Below are positions 60,027 to 64,000 of a stretch of 64,000 nt of DNA, piece after piece. This DNA is from Campylobacterales bacterium (GTDB lineage: Bacteria > Campylobacterota > Campylobacteria > Campylobacterales > UBA6016). The position numbers and the translations under genes are program-made. Under the pieces are notes generated by a model. The model saw only the letters and a list, made by a program, of their open reading frames with translations, searched no databases and had not been told where the DNA came from. The stretch lies in the NCBI GenBank assembly GCA_041915365.1, contig JAYSBP010000009.1, positions 4,182 to 68,181 on the forward strand. Reading direction: 5' to 3'. Numbering within the stretch: the stretch's first letter is position 1; each line of letters starts with the position of its first letter.

Positions 60027-61424
60027 TTAGAAGTTGTAGTTGAATGTCACTTTTGCTGTTTTTCTGTCAAGTGGATTGTACTTGCTGTCTACAGACTCAA
60101 GCACGATTTTTGCGTCAAGATTTTTTACAAGAGCACCAGTGCAAGTGTATGTCAAATCCCAAACAGCAGTATCTGCATCAACATCGTTGCCACTGTTGTC
60201 TACATTGTATTTGCTTTTTACGTCAAATTTCGTATAAGCAACACCAAGTGCCCTAGCACCAAGACCTAGTTTTTCTAGGCTATAGTCAGCACCTATTTTG
60301 TAAGTTTGAGCGCCGTTCATACCATTGTTTAGACCTTTGCTTGTTGCGCCAAACGAATTAAACCAGAACTCATCGGCTACTGCAAACTCTGGATAACCGC
60401 CCCATGCGCCAAATACAAATGTGCCACCAGAAGTTCCATCTTTTTGCTCGCTTACTTTGTTATATGCAACATAGGGAGTTAGGCCAACAGGAGTCTCTAC
60501 ACTAGCTTTTACGCCGTATACGTTGTAGTCAATTTTACCAAGAGCTGCGCCTGTTTTTAAAAGATCTTTTAGGTTTCCTATGCCCTGAATATTATAATAT
60601 TGACCAGCTAGGTTAAGAGCTGTGTCTTTTGCGAGACCTAGCTTGTAATCCGCTTGTAGGTATACCGCATTTACAACGTCAACAGCATAATACTCCCAAG
60701 CTTGAACCGTAAGATCCTTTACTGAATTGTTTATTGCCGCAAGTACATATACACCCTTGTCACCAACTGCTGAAACATTGTTTGTGCCAAGTGTCGTTCT
60801 GTCTGCAATATTGCCTAGCGCACTTCTTGACATTGAGCTAAAAGCTACTCTAGGAGATCTATCGGAACCCGAATCAAGACCAGCCATTCTTGATACGTAC
60901 CCGCCGATAAGTGTTGTGCTTGGAAGGTCTGTATTGATAACGAGAGCCGCTTCAAATAGATTTGGAATCATTCTGATATCATCAGAACCTGCAAGAGGTG
61001 TATCTATCTGTTGTCTACCGACTTTTACCGTAGTTTTACCGTAAGTGCCAACTACATAAGCTTGACCAAGAAGGCTGTAAGAGCTAGGCTTGTTTGTCGA
61101 GCTACCAATTCTATCAAACATTGCGCTATCAACTTTTTCGCCGTTTGAGTTCATAGTGCCGACATCTTGAGAAGTGTAGAATGCAGCGCCAGCAGATATA
61201 CCGTATAGTGGCGCAGTTTCGTATGCAAGTTTGCCGCCAACTGCAAATGCGGAATTATCAGGATTGCCAGCATCGTTGGCTGCACTAGATAGATTGGTAT
61301 TGATATACATCGCTCTGATTTGTCCAGAAGCTTTCCCTTCTTTAAATGCGCTCGCAAGATCGCTAGCAGCAAATGAAGATGTTGCTAGTGCAGCTACTGC
61401 TGCTATGCTTAACATTTTTTTCAT
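60027..61424 (-). CDS. Outer-membrane porin (epsilonproteobacterial OprD-like/MOMP-like beta-barrel)
   Basis: It has a signal peptide (..SSFA/A), alternating beta-strand patterning, a G/Y/N-rich composition and a C-terminal ..FNYNF with terminal Phe. Confidence 0.75.
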   Translation of the reverse strand: MKKMLSIAAVAALATSSFAASDLASAFKEGKASGQIRAMYINTNLSSAANDAGNPDNSAFAVGGKLAYETAPLYGISAGAAFYTSQDVGTMNSNGEKVDSAMFDRIGSSTNKPSSYSLLGQAYVVGTYGKTTVKVGRQQIDTPLAGSDDIRMIPNLFEAALVINTDLPSTTLIGGYVSRMAGLDSGSDRSPRVAFSSMSRSALGNIADRTTLGTNNVSAVGDKGVYVLAAINNSVKDLTVQAWEYYAVDVVNAVYLQADYKLGLAKDTALNLAGQYYNIQGIGNLKDLLKTGAALGKIDYNVYGVKASVETPVGLTPYVAYNKVSEQKDGTSGGTFVFGAWGGYPEFAVADEFWFNSFGATSKGLNNGMNGAQTYKIGADYSLEKLGLGARALGVAYTKFDVKSKYNVDNSGNDVDADTAVWDLTYTCTGALVKNLDAKIVLESVDSKYNPLDRKTAKVTFNYNF

Positions 61425-61451
61425 TGTTTCTCCTTGTTTAAAGTACTACGT

Positions 61452-61457
61452 ATTATA
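61452..61457 (-). promoter_or_regulatory. Candidate -10 box (TATAAT) for the porin gene
   Basis: On the minus strand ttttgTATAAT lies 27 nt upstream of the ATG, and a GGAG Shine-Dalgarno sequence follows. Confidence 0.4.
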
Positions 61458-61492
61458 CAAAACGAAAGTTTATATATCACATTTTTGATGTC

Positions 61493-61505
61493 TAAAAATT
61501 AAGCA
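61493..61505. promoter_or_regulatory. 13-mer TAAAAATTAAGCA shared with the amtB palindrome
   Basis: It is identical to the minus-strand reading of 59872-59884. It sits inside an imperfect palindrome (ATGTCTAA-AAA-TTAAGCAG) between the porin and regulator genes. Confidence 0.5.
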
Positions 61506-61512
61506 GTTATTT

Positions 61513-62331
61513 TTGCGAGGTGTATTTTTATCAGCCATCCTATATAATAGGCGAAGTTTAAAATATTTGTGGAAAGTGCACTTGGATAACGAATTTATAG
61601 CGGTCTCATCACAGATGCAAGAGGTCAAAAAGCTTATTGCGCTTGTTCGTGGAATAAATGTAAATACAATAGTAATGGGCGATGTGGGCGTTGGCAAAAC
61701 TCTTGTTGCCACTACCATAATACCAAATGCTATAGTGGTTCACGGCGATAGACCCGAAGATGTCATTAAGGCGCTAAAGAGTTTTGATGAAGTTATCATA
61801 GAAGACTTTGACAAACTCCCTAATACCGATTTGCCTTTTTTTGAGGGCAAAAAAATAGTAGCTACGTCAAAAAAACGCATCAAAGACAGTACCCTTGATA
61901 GGCTGTTCGGAATAAAAATAGAGATACCGTCCCTTACCGAGAGAAAGTCAGATTTGGAATCTCTAAAAGAGCATTTTTTGGACAAAGCTAAAAAAGAACT
62001 AAATATCAACTCTTATGTAAATATGTCCGCAATAGCGACGGACATAACGGAGAATTGCCACAGCCTAAAGCGGGCCGTATATCAAGCCCTGCTTTGCAAT
62101 GACATCACAAAAGAGCAACTTGGCCTCATAATGGAAGAGTATTTTTTTGAGAATATGGACGATTCCGAGGAGAACTATAAGCTATTCTTGGATGTTTTTG
62201 ATGGGGCGATTATTAACGCAAATTATAGAAAATACAAAAGCCAGCTAATGATGTCTTATAAAATGGGAATCAATAGAAATACGCTCAGAAAAAAAATCAT
62301 GCAACTTGGAAAGAAACTAGAAAGTGAATAA
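61513..62331 (+). CDS. Degenerate NtrC-like AAA+ protein with a Fis-type HTH, lacking a receiver domain and the GAFTGA segment
   Basis: It has FIAVSSQMQEV, Walker A GDVGVGKT, Walker B-like VIIEDFD, RLFGIKIEIPSLTERKSDLESLKEHFL (compare RLN...I..PPLRER.EDI..L..HF) and the C-terminal GINRNTLRKKI HTH. The start is uncertain: a TATAAT at 61543-61548 suggests a later TTG or GTG start at 61567-61582. Confidence 0.65.
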   Translation: MRGVFLSAILYNRRSLKYLWKVHLDNEFIAVSSQMQEVKKLIALVRGINVNTIVMGDVGVGKTLVATTIIPNAIVVHGDRPEDVIKALKSFDEVIIEDFDKLPNTDLPFFEGKKIVATSKKRIKDSTLDRLFGIKIEIPSLTERKSDLESLKEHFLDKAKKELNINSYVNMSAIATDITENCHSLKRAVYQALLCNDITKEQLGLIMEEYFFENMDDSEENYKLFLDVFDGAIINANYRKYKSQLMMSYKMGINRNTLRKKIMQLGKKLESE

Positions 62332-63031
62332 GCAGCCACATACGATAAATTATCAAAATTGGGTGGAGTATGACTATAACCCATTTTTTGTTTTTGGCAA
62401 AAATGGCGAACTGCTAACGCTTAATCAGCCGGCGCAGTTTCTTATAAGTAAAGTTGAGCCAAAAACTCTGTATGAACTTGCAATAGCCTATGCTAGTCAT
62501 GATTTCGGATATAAGACGACTATTATAGATTTGAAGTTTGATGTTTTTAGCTTTTTTGCACTGACGGTAGGATATGAATCAGAGGAAGAAATAGGAATTA
62601 AGCTGTATCAAACGCCGTATCTTGGGCCAAAAAAGGTAATATCAATCAAAGAGTGTGAGTTCACAAACATATATCACATGCTTGATCTTTGCATAATGTC
62701 GGTCGGCTCAAAGCTCAAAGCCGAATTTAAAAAAGATATTGACCCGGCTCTTCCGGACTTTAAACTCTCTCAAAATGAGTTTGTAAAGGTACTAACAAGG
62801 GCACTTGAAAGCTTTGAAGGTTCGAATGAAATAAAAGCAGAATTGAAGCTAAAAACAGGCGAGTTTTTGCAGGTTGCCGGCAAAAGATTTCAAATACTAA
62901 AATTAAAAATCAGCGGAGAGGCTAGAGCAACATCAAAAGATGCATTAATAGAAGAGATAGCCTCAAATATCAATTTATTTACTAATTTTAGTGAAAAGGA
63001 AGCGGTTTTTAACATACCGCTCATACTATAA
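62324..63031 (+). CDS. Hypothetical protein translationally coupled to the NtrC-like gene
   Basis: This 235-aa ORF uses a GTG start that overlaps the upstream stop by 8 nt. I recognise no confident motif. Confidence 0.5.
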   Translation: MNKQPHTINYQNWVEYDYNPFFVFGKNGELLTLNQPAQFLISKVEPKTLYELAIAYASHDFGYKTTIIDLKFDVFSFFALTVGYESEEEIGIKLYQTPYLGPKKVISIKECEFTNIYHMLDLCIMSVGSKLKAEFKKDIDPALPDFKLSQNEFVKVLTRALESFEGSNEIKAELKLKTGEFLQVAGKRFQILKLKISGEARATSKDALIEEIASNINLFTNFSEKEAVFNIPLIL

Positions 63032-63041
63032 AGGATTTGAT

Positions 63042-64000
63042 TTGTGCGGAATTGTCGGTTATATAGGAAATAAAGAGACAAAAAAAATACTTCTAGACGG
63101 CTTGTGTGAGCTTGAGTATAGAGGTTATGACTCTGCCGGAATAGCTATTATGCAGGGTTCTGAAGTCTCTTTGTTTAAGGCTGTCGGTAAGCTTGCAAAT
63201 CTTGTTGACGTTAGCGGTGCATTTAATTCCAATGGATTTTCGCTTGGGATAGGGCATACTAGATGGGCAACGCATGGCAAACCGACGGAGGCAAATGCTC
63301 ACCCACACATAGGAGAGAGTACTTTTGTCGTCCATAACGGCATAGTTGAAAACTACGCAACTTTGAAAGAAGAGCTAATAAAAGACGGCGTTCACTTTGT
63401 AAGTCAGACTGATACAGAGGTTATAGGCCATTTATTTGAAAAAAATCTAAAAGCAACAAATGATTCGCTGTCGGCGCTCAAAAAAACACAAGATATGCTT
63501 GATGGCGCTTACGCCGTCCTTGTAATTACAAAAAGTGAGCCTGGCAAGATATTTTTTATGAAAAAGGGTTCCCCACCTCTTCTTATAGGAACGTCAAAAA
63601 ACAACGACGAGATGTACTTTGCGTCTAGTGAGTCAGTGTTGATAGGGCAGGCTGTGGGCGCTGTATTCCTCAGAGAGAACGAATACGGATATGTCACACA
63701 AAATGAAATAAAGATGTTTGACGCAAGCGGTGAAATAGCCCCTAGTATCAAAAAAATAGAAGGAACTAGGGCGGGGGCGCAAAAAGAGGGCTATAGGTAC
63801 TTTATGGAAAAAGAGATCTACGAGCAGTCAGCCGTATTGGTAGACACCATGATGGGCAGAGTCACAAAAGACTCCATTAGACTTGAGGAGCTTGATGCCC
63901 TCGGTGACCTATCAAGATTTAGGGAAATCAAAATATGCGCCTGCGGTACTAGCTATCATACGGCTATAGCAGCCTCTTATTTGTTCGAAAGAAACTCACA
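63042..64000 (+). CDS. glmS: Glutamine--fructose-6-phosphate aminotransferase, N-terminal part (3' end lies outside the window; absent from the ORF track)
   Basis: My manual translation is (M)CGIVGYIGNKETKKILLDGLCELEYRGYDSAGIAIM...HTRWATHG. The TTG start lies immediately before the catalytic Cys, and an AGGA sits 6 nt upstream. Confidence 0.9.
   Translation, partial: MCGIVGYIGNKETKKILLDGLCELEYRGYDSAGIAIMQGSEVSLFKAVGKLANLVDVSGAFNSNGFSLGIGHTRWATHGKPTEANAHPHIGESTFVVHNGIVENYATLKEELIKDGVHFVSQTDTEVIGHLFEKNLKATNDSLSALKKTQDMLDGAYAVLVITKSEPGKIFFMKKGSPPLLIGTSKNNDEMYFASSESVLIGQAVGAVFLRENEYGYVTQNEIKMFDASGEIAPSIKKIEGTRAGAQKEGYRYFMEKEIYEQSAVLVDTMMGRVTKDSIRLEELDALGDLSRFREIKICACGTSYHTAIAASYLFERNS

Overview
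This 64 kb window is mostly core chromosome from a Campylobacterota genome. The gene order matches Campylobacter, Helicobacter and Sulfurospirillum, the GC content is moderate, and there is a homopolymeric G tract. About 95% of the window is coding. Contents in order: the 3' end of a cytoplasmic-type [NiFe] hydrogenase with its maturation protease; ppi, a GATase and queH; fabZ-lpxA-clpX-mreB-mreC-carB; a small accessory islet at about 14.8-17.6 kb holding two type II toxin-antitoxin modules, an XRE regulator and two lipoproteins; a PAP2 phosphatase, rnhB and an ATPase; the complete S10-spc-alpha ribosomal protein cluster (rpsJ to rplQ, with secY, map, infA and the unlisted rpmJ, but no rpmD or adk, as in Helicobacter); nfu-like, murE, panD, ybaB, ispA, tkt and gapA; and then a long minus-strand string of an MBL hydrolase, gdhA, a six-gene Ech-type group 4 [NiFe] hydrogenase, gltX, a two-component system, pyrC, a phosphomannomutase and an epimerase. 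The window ends with fliW, a nitrogen-sensing neighbourhood (glnD, glnB/K, amtB, a porin), a degenerate NtrC-like regulator with an unknown partner, and the 5' part of glmS. I found no tRNA, rRNA, CRISPR array, transposase or integrase, and I see no clear novel multi-gene defence system. The best leads are listed here. (1) The mosaic TA islet is bracketed by direct repeats and contains a RelE-type toxin whose downstream HTH antitoxin is reduced to a 3' stub. (2) A G11 tract sits at the rnhB ribosome-binding site. (3) A perfect palindrome upstream of amtB shares a 13-mer with the porin/regulator promoter region. (4) The regulator is an AAA+/Fis-HTH protein that lacks both a receiver domain and the GAFTGA segment, and it is translationally coupled to an unknown 235-aa protein. 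All functional calls rest on motif recognition by eye, and no database search was run.
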